A stretch of DNA of 64,000 bases, taken from an uncultured Chthonomonadaceae bacterium (GTDB taxonomy: Bacteria; Armatimonadota; Chthonomonadetes; Chthonomonadales; Chthonomonadaceae). The translations under genes were made by a program, and so were the position numbers. The notes below the pieces were generated by a model that saw only the letters and a list, made by a program, of their open reading frames with translations, searched no databases and was not told the DNA's origin. Positions 20,750 to 30,636 of the stretch are shown piece by piece. How positions within the stretch are numbered: position 1 is the first letter of the stretch; each line of letters starts with the position of its first letter. The DNA is taken from the NCBI GenBank assembly GCA_963817895.1, contig CAWFQB010000001.1, positions 1,376,001 through 1,440,000 of the forward strand, given 5' to 3'.

Positions 20750-21541
20750 TTGAATCTGACGGAATTTATAAGCAGTTTATCCCCGGCTGACAGTCAGGCG
20801 CTTCAAGAGCGTCTTGATGTTTTGTCGCGTCACAATTTAGGCCGTCAGTTTGTCATTAACCTGAAAGCGGAGGCGCGGTTTACCATTGCTATTTGGCAGA
20901 CACTCCATCAAACTTTCCTTAACGCCTCACCCGACCCTGACAGTCTGCGAACAGCATTTATAGACGCCTTTCGTCCGTACATATTAAATGGCGGTTCAAT
21001 TCCCACACCTTGGCCCACTCACTATGGACGCGCCACGCCGGAGAACATTTTTGCTGACCTACTCGTAAAACAGGGCAAGGCGACTTCACGCACAGCGGCA
21101 AAACGCTTCCTCAGGAATCTAATGTCAAAGTCCCTACCAATAGTCCAGCAAAGATTAGCGCACAAAGAAATCGGCCAGTATATGATATGGGCGACGTTCA
21201 ACGAAGACAACCCAAATGGCGACCCTTTTGAAAAATTGCCGGATGATGCGGAAGGCATCCGGGCCGGCCTCGGCTTGGACCCCAATTACACCGGCGACAT
21301 GATTTTACTGACCTACTACTTGCCTGTTGGAGTGGAACCTTTGTATCCAACCGTTGCCGATGGTTACTCTAGTGGCTGGAACTACTATTATCGTCCTTCC
21401 TATACGGATGAGCGGTATGGCAGAACTTTATGCTGGCTTGGACGCGCCGATGTGTCCCCTTGCCCGGAAGTGGTTCATAAGCCTGTGACCGGCGATTGTT
21501 TGCTCGCTCCCATAGCAAAGGCGAAAGAGAAACGAATATGA
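20750..21541 (+). CDS. Hypothetical protein, possible ART-fold toxin/effector
   Basis: 263-aa ORF with SD; spaced YGRATP / IWATF / GRT...CPEVVH motifs. The ORF is well supported, the fold is inference. Confidence 0.6.
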   Translation: MNLTEFISSLSPADSQALQERLDVLSRHNLGRQFVINLKAEARFTIAIWQTLHQTFLNASPDPDSLRTAFIDAFRPYILNGGSIPTPWPTHYGRATPENIFADLLVKQGKATSRTAAKRFLRNLMSKSLPIVQQRLAHKEIGQYMIWATFNEDNPNGDPFEKLPDDAEGIRAGLGLDPNYTGDMILLTYYLPVGVEPLYPTVADGYSSGWNYYYRPSYTDERYGRTLCWLGRADVSPCPEVVHKPVTGDCLLAPIAKAKEKRI

Positions 21542-22371
21542 GTCCACTTACAGATGAAAACGGCAAACTGGATTTGGCAGCCGTTGAAAATTTAAGTGAA
21601 TCTGAACTACGCGATTGGATATTTGCGCGTCTGCATAGTCAGGATATGCTTGTTCCCGGCGGTTTTGGTCGAGCCGAACTGCCACATTTTTTGCTGACGC
21701 AAATCTATCCACAACTCAGCCGTCCTGCGCGTCAGGATATGGAAAATATCGTTGAGGACTTTGTACGTAAAATGGCGCGTCACAATGAAAGCGAATGGCA
21801 GGGTGACGCAGCGGATGAATTGCTGTTACTGGCGCAGACGGTTTGCGGCGGCACAACCATCAATCAAGCCGTAATTGGCTACATTGAGGAAATGGCGCAA
21901 TCGTTAAACTTCTTCAATGCCGATAATGACGGGCAGATAGACTTGCATTACCGTCTGCTGCAAAGTCTGGTTGCGCTCGGTTGGCGTGGAAGGCCGGAGT
22001 TTTGGCGTGAACAGGTACGCCGTGCCTCGAAACGATATACAGGTGTTGCTTTTAGTGGCCTTGCGCTGATAAGCCCTAAAGAAGCGGTCGCGCTGCTAAC
22101 GGAGATCGAATGGTCGGACGCGGTTGAGGATCAGATTTTCACCAATCTGCCGGACTTTTTAGAGGAGTACCAGATTTCCTGCGTCCTGCCCCTGTTTCAG
22201 CGTTATCTTCCCGCCATGCGAGAACGGACACGAGCCGCTATTTGCGGCTACATGGCTGAAGAGGGAATTCCGCTGGCATTGACAACTGTGACAAGTACAA
22301 AGTATGAACCACATAGAGACTTTTTTCGCAAGCGTGATTTGCCAATCACGCTAGAGCATGCGGCTACCTGA
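21538..22371 (+). CDS. Hypothetical, probably alpha-helical protein
   Basis: ATGA overlap with the upstream gene and TGATG overlap with the downstream gene. Confidence 0.7.
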   Translation: MSPLTDENGKLDLAAVENLSESELRDWIFARLHSQDMLVPGGFGRAELPHFLLTQIYPQLSRPARQDMENIVEDFVRKMARHNESEWQGDAADELLLLAQTVCGGTTINQAVIGYIEEMAQSLNFFNADNDGQIDLHYRLLQSLVALGWRGRPEFWREQVRRASKRYTGVAFSGLALISPKEAVALLTEIEWSDAVEDQIFTNLPDFLEEYQISCVLPLFQRYLPAMRERTRAAICGYMAEEGIPLALTTVTSTKYEPHRDFFRKRDLPITLEHAAT

Positions 22372-24521
22372 TGCTAACCACGAACTTCCGTCCCAAACGC
22401 AAAACCGTATTTTACACCTTTTACTCGTTCAAGGGAGGCGTGGGCCGTACCATGTCTCTGATTAACGTGGCCTGCATCCTCGCGGCGCGTGGGCGGCGCG
22501 TCCTGATGATTGACTTCGATCTGGAAGCGCCCGGTTTGACGAATCTTGCCCTCCGAGATATTGCCGTCGAAGCCGACAAACAGCGCGACGGCCTTGTAGA
22601 ACTGATTCAAGATTTTGTAGATGCTCCTGAAAATTCTCCCTTAGCCGATGAAACCAATCGCGCACCCTTCTTCGACAAGTATGTTCGCCAACTTCAAATA
22701 CCCGACACGCTCGAACCCTTGGAGGGCGGCAGCCTGCACCTATTGCCCTGTGGACGCATAGACGCCACGTATACGGAACGCCTGTACGCCATTGACTTCA
22801 AGCAACTTTATGCGGAGGGAGTTGGGCAGCCGCTGTTCAAGTATCTGAAAACCTATATTCGTGACGCGGAACGCTATGATTACGTCCTCATAGACTCCCG
22901 CACGGGCTTTTCGGACGAGGGCGGCATTTGCACCCGCGACCTTGCCGACCACATTTTCATTATTACCGGCCTGAACCGCCAGAACATTGACGGCACGGTT
23001 CAGTTCCTGCGCCAACTGGAAGCAAGCGGCTGGCAGGAGGGTCAACTCGTCTTCGTCGCCTCCCCCGTTCCCACCGGCCTTGAAGAACTGCGCGATCAGC
23101 GCATCAAAGCAGCAAAAGCAGCGATTGAACAAACCCGCTTCAAAGCCGATTTCAAACTGCGTATTCCCTACCATCCCCGTCTTGCCCTTGACGAAGAGCC
23201 ATTCGTTTATCGCTGGTCGGATACTGACTTATTCCCCTCATACCAGAGCATCGCGCGTGTTCTAAGAGAAATAGTTGATGACACGCCTTTAGTATTGAGT
23301 CAGGAAATCACTGAGGCAATGAATCAGCAAAAGTATGATGAAGCACTATCCATACTTCATCAGTTAATTGCAGAGGAACATGAGGTCGGATTAAGTGTAC
23401 TAACCTCCGTAACTGCTGCAATGGCAGATTCCCCTCACATTCTGCTGGATAAAGCCATACCTTTCTTTGAGATGTTAATTCAGCAACGCAATGTGGCAGA
23501 GCCACACAGACTTTATGCAAACTATCTTAGAAATATTAACAAGTTGCCGGAAGCGCTTGAACAGCTAAATGTCGCGCGAGAAATGTTCGTCAATCGAAAA
23601 GAGGTATCTCAAACCGCTTATGTTTTAATGGATGTTGGGATTATCAATAGCAGACTCGGCGAACCTAATGTAGCGTTAGAGAACTACAGGAGTGCTGACG
23701 AACTATTTACGAGAACCAATAATGATTTAGGATCAGCAACGGTTCGCCTACTTCAAGGTATAAACTATGCCGAAGGCGGGAATTTACAACAAGGATTGTC
23801 ATTAGCTGCAACTGCCGTGGAAATGCTGCGAGGTGTCGGTAATAAATTGGCGTTATCTAATGGTTTAGTACATTACGGTTTCATACTGTTATTAAAAGGT
23901 GAATATTCTTCTGCGTTCGCAGTGTCTAATGAGGCATTGCTTATCAGCCGCGAAATTAGATTGCCCCCGCATACTGCACAGACTTGTGAGTTGAAAGCTA
24001 AAATTCTTCTTGAACAAAAAGAGTATGATGCGGCTATACCTTTATATGATGAAGCCCTACAAGGATATACTGCTATAAACAATTCCATAGGATTAGCTTC
24101 TATCCGTACTGATAGGGGCTATATTGATGTTCAACAAGGAGACGAAAGAGGGCTGGAACAGATAGAAGACTCGGTTCAGTTTTACCATAATACAGGCGAA
24201 TACGGTAGAAGTTCAGGGGCGCGTACTACGTTTGCCGAGGCTTTATTCAGTATCAGCGTACACAGGTGTAATGAGTACATAACTAATCAATGGGAGTACA
24301 TACAACATCATGCAGTCTGTTACACGCGTTATAGACTATACGTTCTTCGCGCCAAAGTAAAGGCCGTGCTTGGCGATAGGCAAGGCGCAGCCGAAGATGC
24401 TCAGATTGCGGTTGACTTTTACCGTGAGCAGGGCGTTCATACACTTTTGGCGCAGGAAGCGGAAAAACTGGCAAAGTTAAACGTTGCGCAAGATGCTGAC
24501 GTAAAAATAAACGCCTCGTGA
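22371..24521 (+). CDS. KGGVGR-motif ParA/MinD-like ATPase fused to TPRs
   Basis: TFYSFKGGVGRT, IDFDLEAPG, YDYVLIDSRTG; C-terminal TPR-like helices. Confidence 0.85.
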   Translation: MLTTNFRPKRKTVFYTFYSFKGGVGRTMSLINVACILAARGRRVLMIDFDLEAPGLTNLALRDIAVEADKQRDGLVELIQDFVDAPENSPLADETNRAPFFDKYVRQLQIPDTLEPLEGGSLHLLPCGRIDATYTERLYAIDFKQLYAEGVGQPLFKYLKTYIRDAERYDYVLIDSRTGFSDEGGICTRDLADHIFIITGLNRQNIDGTVQFLRQLEASGWQEGQLVFVASPVPTGLEELRDQRIKAAKAAIEQTRFKADFKLRIPYHPRLALDEEPFVYRWSDTDLFPSYQSIARVLREIVDDTPLVLSQEITEAMNQQKYDEALSILHQLIAEEHEVGLSVLTSVTAAMADSPHILLDKAIPFFEMLIQQRNVAEPHRLYANYLRNINKLPEALEQLNVAREMFVNRKEVSQTAYVLMDVGIINSRLGEPNVALENYRSADELFTRTNNDLGSATVRLLQGINYAEGGNLQQGLSLAATAVEMLRGVGNKLALSNGLVHYGFILLLKGEYSSAFAVSNEALLISREIRLPPHTAQTCELKAKILLEQKEYDAAIPLYDEALQGYTAINNSIGLASIRTDRGYIDVQQGDERGLEQIEDSVQFYHNTGEYGRSSGARTTFAEALFSISVHRCNEYITNQWEYIQHHAVCYTRYRLYVLRAKVKAVLGDRQGAAEDAQIAVDFYREQGVHTLLAQEAEKLAKLNVAQDADVKINAS

Positions 24522-24557
24522 AATGTGGTGACGAGCGAAGATTGACGGGAATAGCCA

Positions 24558-25340
24558 ATGCGTTTTGTGAGACAAAATTTGTTAGCGTGTATTCTGCTCT
24601 GCGTTTGCTGTGACGCGGCCCTTGCCGCGCCGCCGAACCTGAAGCCTGCGCGTTCTGCGCCCATCGCGCCTTCCGCTTCCGCCAACATCAGCCTTGCCGC
24701 CCTGTTGCCGCCGGGACGGTTTCGCGCCGATGTGATGCAGCCGGAACCCTCGCCGCGTCTCGCCCAACTGAGCCGCAAGATGCAGGAGGGCATCCGCAAA
24801 AATCCCCAGTGGTTTATGGCGGAAATCCAGAAAGTGAAACCGGGCGAGAATATTCCCTACGATGCGCGATTGAACCTGACGCGGGAAGAGTACAATCTGT
24901 TGAACCATCCGGCTCCGCAGATGCAATTGCGCAGGGTGGGTGGTGGTCTGATTACGATTTGGAGTGTGGGAACCCGGCGCGTGTTGACCGGCGTGGGAAC
25001 GCTGTTCGGATTGAACGGCATTGAGATTGATCTACAGCGGCAAAGCGTGAAAACCCTGCTTGGCGTTTTGAACGCCCCAACGCCAGTGAAAGCCAATACC
25101 AGCCAGTCCGCAGACGCCACATGGAACGGTTTCGCGTGGAAACTGGATACGATGGCGCATAAAGAGACGCCCTCGCAGATGACAGGCACAATCGCTGAAT
25201 TCACGTTGGGCAAACTGGTAAAATCCGGGCGTATCCAACTCACCTACAAAGCGCAACAGATGAACGGCGGTAAGCCTCAAAGCAATTTCGCCTACCTGCT
25301 GCACTACACTGCGCCTCCGCAATTCCCACGCAGACATTAA
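24558..25340 (+). CDS. Secreted hypothetical protein
   Basis: Signal peptide-like N-terminus ending ALA; 260 aa. Confidence 0.6.
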   Translation: MRFVRQNLLACILLCVCCDAALAAPPNLKPARSAPIAPSASANISLAALLPPGRFRADVMQPEPSPRLAQLSRKMQEGIRKNPQWFMAEIQKVKPGENIPYDARLNLTREEYNLLNHPAPQMQLRRVGGGLITIWSVGTRRVLTGVGTLFGLNGIEIDLQRQSVKTLLGVLNAPTPVKANTSQSADATWNGFAWKLDTMAHKETPSQMTGTIAEFTLGKLVKSGRIQLTYKAQQMNGGKPQSNFAYLLHYTAPPQFPRRH

Positions 25341-25476
25341 CCCATTTTCATTGCGCATCCGGTTGTTCGCGGCATGGAACTTTGCCCGCTTCTGCCGCAT
25401 ACAAATATTGTAGGTAGGGCGGGGGCTTGTCCCCCGCCGATAATGTGATGGCGCACAGAAGCGGGAGTAAAAAAGG

Positions 25477-26433
25477 ATGAAGGTTTTTGTGGCGGGGGCG
25501 ACGGGCGTGTTGGGGCGGGCGCTGCTGCCGTCTCTTGTGGCGTTGGGGCATGAGGTGTATGGCATGGGGCGGACGCCCGAAAAAGTTCTGGCCGTCGCGC
25601 AAATGGGCGCAACGCCCGTTCGCGCCGATGTTCTGGATGCCGCCCGCATTGCCCGCGCGGTTGGCGACGTTCAGCCCGATGCCATTGTCAATCTTGCCAC
25701 GTCCATACCGCTGAAACTGCGCGTCAATCTCGACCACTGGAAAGAGAATGACCGGGTGCGTCTGGAGGGTTCGCGCAATCTGCTTGCGGCTGCCAGAAAC
25801 GCCAACCTGCGCCTGTTCGCGCAGGCAAGCGCGGATCAGGTGTGCGAAACGCAGGGCGACGGCTGGATAACCGAAACTTCGCCGCGCAGTTCCCACGCTT
25901 TTCTCCACGCCACGCAGGAGATGGAAGACCGGGTACGCGCGTCCGGCCTGCCCGCCACCCTGCTGCGCTTTTCCGTCCTGATGGCCGCTGATTCATGGCA
26001 CACGCAGCAAAGCGTCACGGCCCTGAAACGCGGCTTATTGCCTGTCATTGGCGACGGCAGCGCGTTTGTCAGCATGGTTCATGTCGCGGACGCGGTTCAG
26101 GCCATTCTCCTCGCCCTGCAACAGCCGGAACTCGCAGCCGGACAAACCTTCAACGTCGCGGACAACGAACCCGCCCGGATGCGCGACATTCTCCCCTACG
26201 CCGCCCAACTCCTCCACGCGCAGCCGCCCCGAACCGTGCCGCCCCTGATGGCGAAAATGGTAGTCGGCGCGCTGACTATTGACGTGCTGACCCAATCCCA
26301 CCGCATGAGCAATGAGAAAATCCGCCAGACCCTCGGCTTCGCCCCGCAATACCCCACCTACCGCGAATCATGGTCACAAATCGTCCGCGAAATCGGCGCA
26401 AGCGACTTTGCCGCCTCCGATGATTTGAAATAA
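25477..26433 (+). CDS. NAD-dependent epimerase/dehydratase
   Basis: VFVAGATGVLG, VHVADA, FNVADNEP. Confidence 0.9.
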   Translation: MKVFVAGATGVLGRALLPSLVALGHEVYGMGRTPEKVLAVAQMGATPVRADVLDAARIARAVGDVQPDAIVNLATSIPLKLRVNLDHWKENDRVRLEGSRNLLAAARNANLRLFAQASADQVCETQGDGWITETSPRSSHAFLHATQEMEDRVRASGLPATLLRFSVLMAADSWHTQQSVTALKRGLLPVIGDGSAFVSMVHVADAVQAILLALQQPELAAGQTFNVADNEPARMRDILPYAAQLLHAQPPRTVPPLMAKMVVGALTIDVLTQSHRMSNEKIRQTLGFAPQYPTYRESWSQIVREIGASDFAASDDLK

Positions 26434-26620
26434 TAGCGAAGCGCGCTTCCTGTTCTGCGCGCGGCGCGAAAAAATGAAAACCTTTCCATTTAGAAGTGTT
26501 GGTCCTGTATAGCGAAGGTTTTGGAGGCATAAAGGAGAACGCTGTGTTGACGGCGTACTATGCCTTGTCGTGTGAGGATGGAAACACCTCTTTGCAGAAG
26601 AAATACACACCTGCGGAAAG

Positions 26621-26656
26621 TTGCACCCGGCAGAAATGTCGGGTGAGGATGGAAAC
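26621..26656 (+). repeat. Direct repeat, left copy (GAAA-loop hairpin)
   Basis: ttgcacccggcagaaatgtcgggtgaggatggaaac. Confidence 0.85.
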
Positions 26657-26876
26657 CTGTGCGGCGCGGTCGTATCTGTCCGATGGGCGGCGCAAACCTT
26701 ATCCGGTCTGGCGATGCAGGGCTGATCAGCAGCAGCACGACAAAGACGGGCTTTTGCCATACTGTCAAATTGGTGCAGTCGCCTGGCAGCGGTGTCTGGA
26801 AGTGCGCGGCAGGCAACGAGCGTGATGCCGGCGCGACTTCGGATCGAGACCTCTCTTCAATGGTCGTCATTCGACC

Positions 26877-28009
26877 TTACAAAGATTGAACACCTGAACA
26901 GCTGAACCAAGCCCCTCCTTGCAGAGTTTCGCAGGAAGGGGCTTTTTGTTGTTTGCGATAAGTTGGGTGGCACTTGAGTAAATGACAATTATAACATTGT
27001 ATCAGTAAGTGCTGTTCTACAGTCATACCAAGATGGCGGCAAATAGGGCTCAGCTCCTTATCGGTCAAAGGCCATCTGGCTTTGGCCTCAACCCTATTCG
27101 AGGAGACATAAAAGTATACATACAGTACCGCAGCCAGGCGCATAACATAATTTTCGTCGTAGTCTTTACAAATATCATTGTAAAGAGCTGGGCGCCTAAC
27201 GAAAAACTGCTTTACTTGCTCCACATCCAAATGTTCAGGATCAGCGCCCAACTCCTTTAACAACCACACGCTAGTCTTCGTATCCTGAATGGGTTCTTTA
27301 TGAACTCCCTCAGAATATAGGATATTAAGCTGTTCAATTGTGTGGCTTACGTTTCTGTGCATTCGATTTACAATGTCTGCTGACCTCTGAAACACATCTT
27401 CAGTAGCTTCAAGCAGTGCCATACTTCTTGCCAACGCTCGCCGAATAGGGGATCTCCTACGGCGGATGGTTTATAAACCGTATCGTGTGACATCTCACTG
27501 TACGCATGCTGCATTAAGGTTCGAACTTGGATTTCGCATGGGGTACCGGCTGGAATTGATACTTCCTCATACACATGAGGGGCCTGCAGCCTCACAATGT
27601 AATGATCTGATTGATAATCAAAGACTGTGGGATAACGTTCCCTGTCCTCAGCGAATTCTCGTGATTGTTCCCACGACCAAATCGAGGAATTTTTTATGGC
27701 GTTACCTACTATCTTTGTATCTTCGAGCAGTAAAACAACAAAGCGAACACCCACTTTGTCAAGAACGTCCTTGTACGGATCGGCAAAGTTCATGCCTCGA
27801 AAAAAGGCCTTCGCAACAAAGGAATTTGGATCCTTGACGCGGGGCGATGGAGGTATCCGCAAGAAAGCATTGATAGGTTGAAGTGAAGGTAGTTCACCAC
27901 GGAGTTGATCGGATACCTCTTTGACAACCAAGTGGCCCAGGGCATTAAAGATACCCCATTCTGCTGCAAAACGTTCCTTAGCTTCTTCCGGCGTCATGAC
28001 TTGATCCAT
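26877..28009 (-). CDS. RelA/SpoT-domain (small alarmone synthetase-like) nucleotidyltransferase, frameshift near 27450
   Basis: RVKD..S...K, DKVGVR, YQSDHYIV, EIQVRTLMQHAYSE..HD..YK; continues in the 26877-27434 frame (ARSMALLE). True 3' end uncertain. Confidence 0.85.
26909..26947. terminator. Intrinsic terminator-like hairpin
   Basis: aagcccctccttgc..gcaggaaggggcttttt. Confidence 0.55.
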
Positions 28010-29108
28010 TCACGGGCCTAGTGGTATCGCCCTTCTCAGTCAGGAAACCCCGGATTTTGATGAGTGTGTAGCCCTCATCGTTGGAGATGACTTCTAATAG
28101 GTCCTCAAAGCCTGTTGACGGGGCTGTAATTACTACCTTTGAATTGAAGTTAAGGAAGCGTTTGCTCAGTTTCCCAGCCACGACGTTTCTATCAATTACT
28201 ATGTCGATGTCTGGGAATTCCTTCTCCCCCATTTCATTGACGTATTGGCCCCGAAAGTTTTCGGGAAGATAGGCAGCAAAATCTGCCACATTGATTCTAC
28301 TACGAACAGGGTCCTGTAAATAGGAATACAAGAGTGTACTAATTTCTACTTTTTCTCTGTCCGAGATGGACAAGTTGAGTATGTGAGATTGGGTAAGATT
28401 ATAAAAATCTCCTGTCAATTTTCTCGAAATTTTTGCTACCGTGCATCCCATAAAGGATTTATAGAAATATTGGGCCATCCCATCTGTGGAAGTACGGGTT
28501 ATATGATGGTCATATATAATCGCTCTGAAATCGTCGGTGAAACGAAGCTCGCCCTCTGGCCCATCAGGTCTTGTTTCTTCTACAAATATTCCTATTTTGT
28601 AGAGCTTTTGAGTCGGTGTGAGAAACATTTGCTTTATATGCTGCATTTGCTCTACCAGAGCTGAACCATCACTTAGTTGCGCAGATGTCGAAAAGCCTTC
28701 ATGCAGCTCGCTCTTCATCACACAAATAAAACGCTTGTCTTCATCACCAGTTGTACCGGATAGTACCAGAACATATCCATCAGGAATTTTGCCTGATGTT
28801 TGCACACTCTCCAATCTTTGGACAAGTTCACGATTGAGCCTGATAAACTCGATGTCATTACAGGCAATCATCTTTGCGCACATCTGGAAAGTAGATCCTT
28901 CGCCATCATTCTCGATATCCATTTCAACGCAATGGGAATTTGATCGAAGGTATTCCGTAAGCCGCTGTGTGACGGTTCGCAGCAGCTCTCTATTTAGCAT
29001 AGAGGGTGCATCTGCGCATAGTCTATAGTATCCCTGACCACCATCTTGACGTTTTGCTAAGAGACTTTCTGTGATGCGGTGGATTTGTAGATTGCTGAAA
29101 AGACTCAT
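27978..29108 (-). CDS. NA37/YejK-like nucleoid-associated domain protein
   Basis: 376 aa; MKSELHEGF, FLTPTQKLYKIG, AQYFYKSFMGC resemble the 37-kDa nucleoid-associated family; overlaps the RelA/SpoT gene. Confidence 0.68.
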   Translation of the reverse strand: MSLFSNLQIHRITESLLAKRQDGGQGYYRLCADAPSMLNRELLRTVTQRLTEYLRSNSHCVEMDIENDGEGSTFQMCAKMIACNDIEFIRLNRELVQRLESVQTSGKIPDGYVLVLSGTTGDEDKRFICVMKSELHEGFSTSAQLSDGSALVEQMQHIKQMFLTPTQKLYKIGIFVEETRPDGPEGELRFTDDFRAIIYDHHITRTSTDGMAQYFYKSFMGCTVAKISRKLTGDFYNLTQSHILNLSISDREKVEISTLLYSYLQDPVRSRINVADFAAYLPENFRGQYVNEMGEKEFPDIDIVIDRNVVAGKLSKRFLNFNSKVVITAPSTGFEDLLEVISNDEGYTLIKIRGFLTEKGDTTRPVNGSSHDAGRS

Positions 29109-29135
29109 GGTGTCATCCTATTGGCAGCTTGATTG

Positions 29136-29726
29136 CTAGTTGTTGTCCGTAGCTTCTATTGCGTTTTGATCAGTTTTGTCCGGCTTCAAAGGTGAGTAGC
29201 CAGAAGCTTTAGCAATAGTGCTTGAAAATAAACGATTAGATACTACTGGTGATTCTTTGGCTAAGGCGTCCATTTGCTTTTGAATGCCGTCAAGGTAAGC
29301 TTTAGGTTTGCCGCGACTGACAGGAAGCAAAGCCGCTGTTTTTTCCAAATCCCTTCGTATCGCTGCGTAATGCGCTGCAGACGCTCGATGCTTTTCGGCG
29401 CGTTCTGATAGCTTAAGAAAAGTTTGGAGACTTGAGAGAAAGGCTGAGGTAAGAGTGAGAAAGGCCATAACATAAATTCCTCTATCACCCCAACTTTTAA
29501 TGATATTAGTCACAGCGCCAACGCCGGCGAAACTAGAAAAGATAATTGCGATTATTCCTAGCCCCTTGTGCCATTTGTCATTTGATTCGGCAGCAGCATA
29601 GTGTGTAAGTTGTTGATCCCGTACGCGCCTGTGCCAATTTGTTATTACATGATCAACTGCTGCCCATTCACTCTCAAGGGAAGTATCTGAAGGTTTCGCT
29701 AAATCTTCGGACAACGTTTTACTCAT
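29136..29726 (-). CDS. SLATT-domain two-TM protein
   Basis: W......Q..HY.AA....K.H..LG, two TM helices, LQTFLKLSERAEKHR..A..Y..IRR.LE. Confidence 0.82.
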   Translation of the reverse strand: MSKTLSEDLAKPSDTSLESEWAAVDHVITNWHRRVRDQQLTHYAAAESNDKWHKGLGIIAIIFSSFAGVGAVTNIIKSWGDRGIYVMAFLTLTSAFLSSLQTFLKLSERAEKHRASAAHYAAIRRDLEKTAALLPVSRGKPKAYLDGIQKQMDALAKESPVVSNRLFSSTIAKASGYSPLKPDKTDQNAIEATDNN

Positions 29727-29794
29727 CTTGCTTTTACCTCATCAACCTATTCCAAGTCGTTTCCACATTCGCCAACACAGCAGCCAAGACTTTC

Positions 29795-29998
29795 CTACCC
29801 GCTGGAAGCAATCGCTGCTTTCTTGCCTCTCCCGCCCTTCAGCTTATCGCGCTTACGGAACTTTTCGATATCCTCACTGTTCAGGCACACGTAAGGAACG
29901 CCCTCGACCGGCTTCAGTCAGCCCTGGCGAATGGCCGCGTAGATGCGTTCACGCGACACGCCCACTTCTTCTGCCGCTTGTGAAACTCTCAATAACAT
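29795..29998 (-). pseudogene. Excisionase-like HTH protein with internal TGA
   Basis: Manual translation MLLRVSQAAEEVGVSRERIYAAIRQG*LKPVEG...; SD gaggtg; not in the ORF track. Confidence 0.65.
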
Positions 29999-30164
29999 TG
30001 TCTTCACCTCGTTTGAATAATGTACCCTAAACCTGTTCACAATCGCAAACAATTTGTTGCAGTGTGTCTGATTACAAGCCGCATAGTCGCTCCTGCCCCT
30101 CCCTCAAACAAGCCGTGTGAACCCCTGTGTAAGACTTCTCTACTGTAACTACATCCAGAGACAT

Positions 30165-30538
30165 CATTCAGATGATTTTCTTTTCGGCTTTGCGTTGGAA
30201 GCAGGTGACTGCTACAGCACCTTGCGAGCGGATTGGCGGCAGTATGATCGGCGCGCACTTGGTCGGGGGCGGCGTGAAGATAGCCCATTGTGGTTTCGAG
30301 CCGGCTGTGTCCTAAAATACGGGCGGCGCTAACGACGTTGGTTTTGGCGATCTCCGTTGCCGTGAAATGGCGCAGGGAGTGGCGGGTGTAGTAAGGCAGG
30401 CCGGCAAACTCCAGGTAGAGATTCATGCGCTTCTTGGCGCTGTCTTTGTCTAAGGGCAGGCCGCCTTCGGACAGCAAGAGGGGGGCGTTTTTGAGTTGCG
30501 GACGGATTTTCAGTCATTTCTTGACGGCGAGTACCCAC
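30165..30538 (-). pseudogene. Tyrosine recombinase C-terminal remnant
   Basis: HSLRHFTAT...LGHSRLETTMGY catalytic motifs; N-terminal part absent; limits approximate. Confidence 0.8.
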
Positions 30539-30577
30539 ATTTGTGGCTGGTGTTGGATGCTAACGAGGTTATGAAAT

Positions 30578-30634
30578 ACGCCTGGTTGGATTCGAGCCAA
30601 CGGCCTCTTGCTCCGGAGGCAAGCACTCTATCCA
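30578..30634 (-). pseudogene. 5'-truncated tRNA-Arg(CCG) fragment (att-like)
   Basis: Reverse complement TGGATAGAGTGCTTGCCTCCGGAGCAAGAGGCCGTTGGCTCGAATCCAACCAGGCGT: anticodon arm CCG, degenerate T-loop, ~15 nt of the 5' end missing. Confidence 0.75.
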
Positions 30635-30636
30635 CA

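Noticed and set aside
26490..26889. Short ORFs on both strands at the island's left edge
   Set aside because: No recognisable motifs; they overlap the repeat elements and each other.
30578..30634. Functional tRNA-Arg
   Set aside because: The 5' acceptor strand and half of the D-arm are missing, and the T-loop reads CTCGAAT instead of TTCGAAT.
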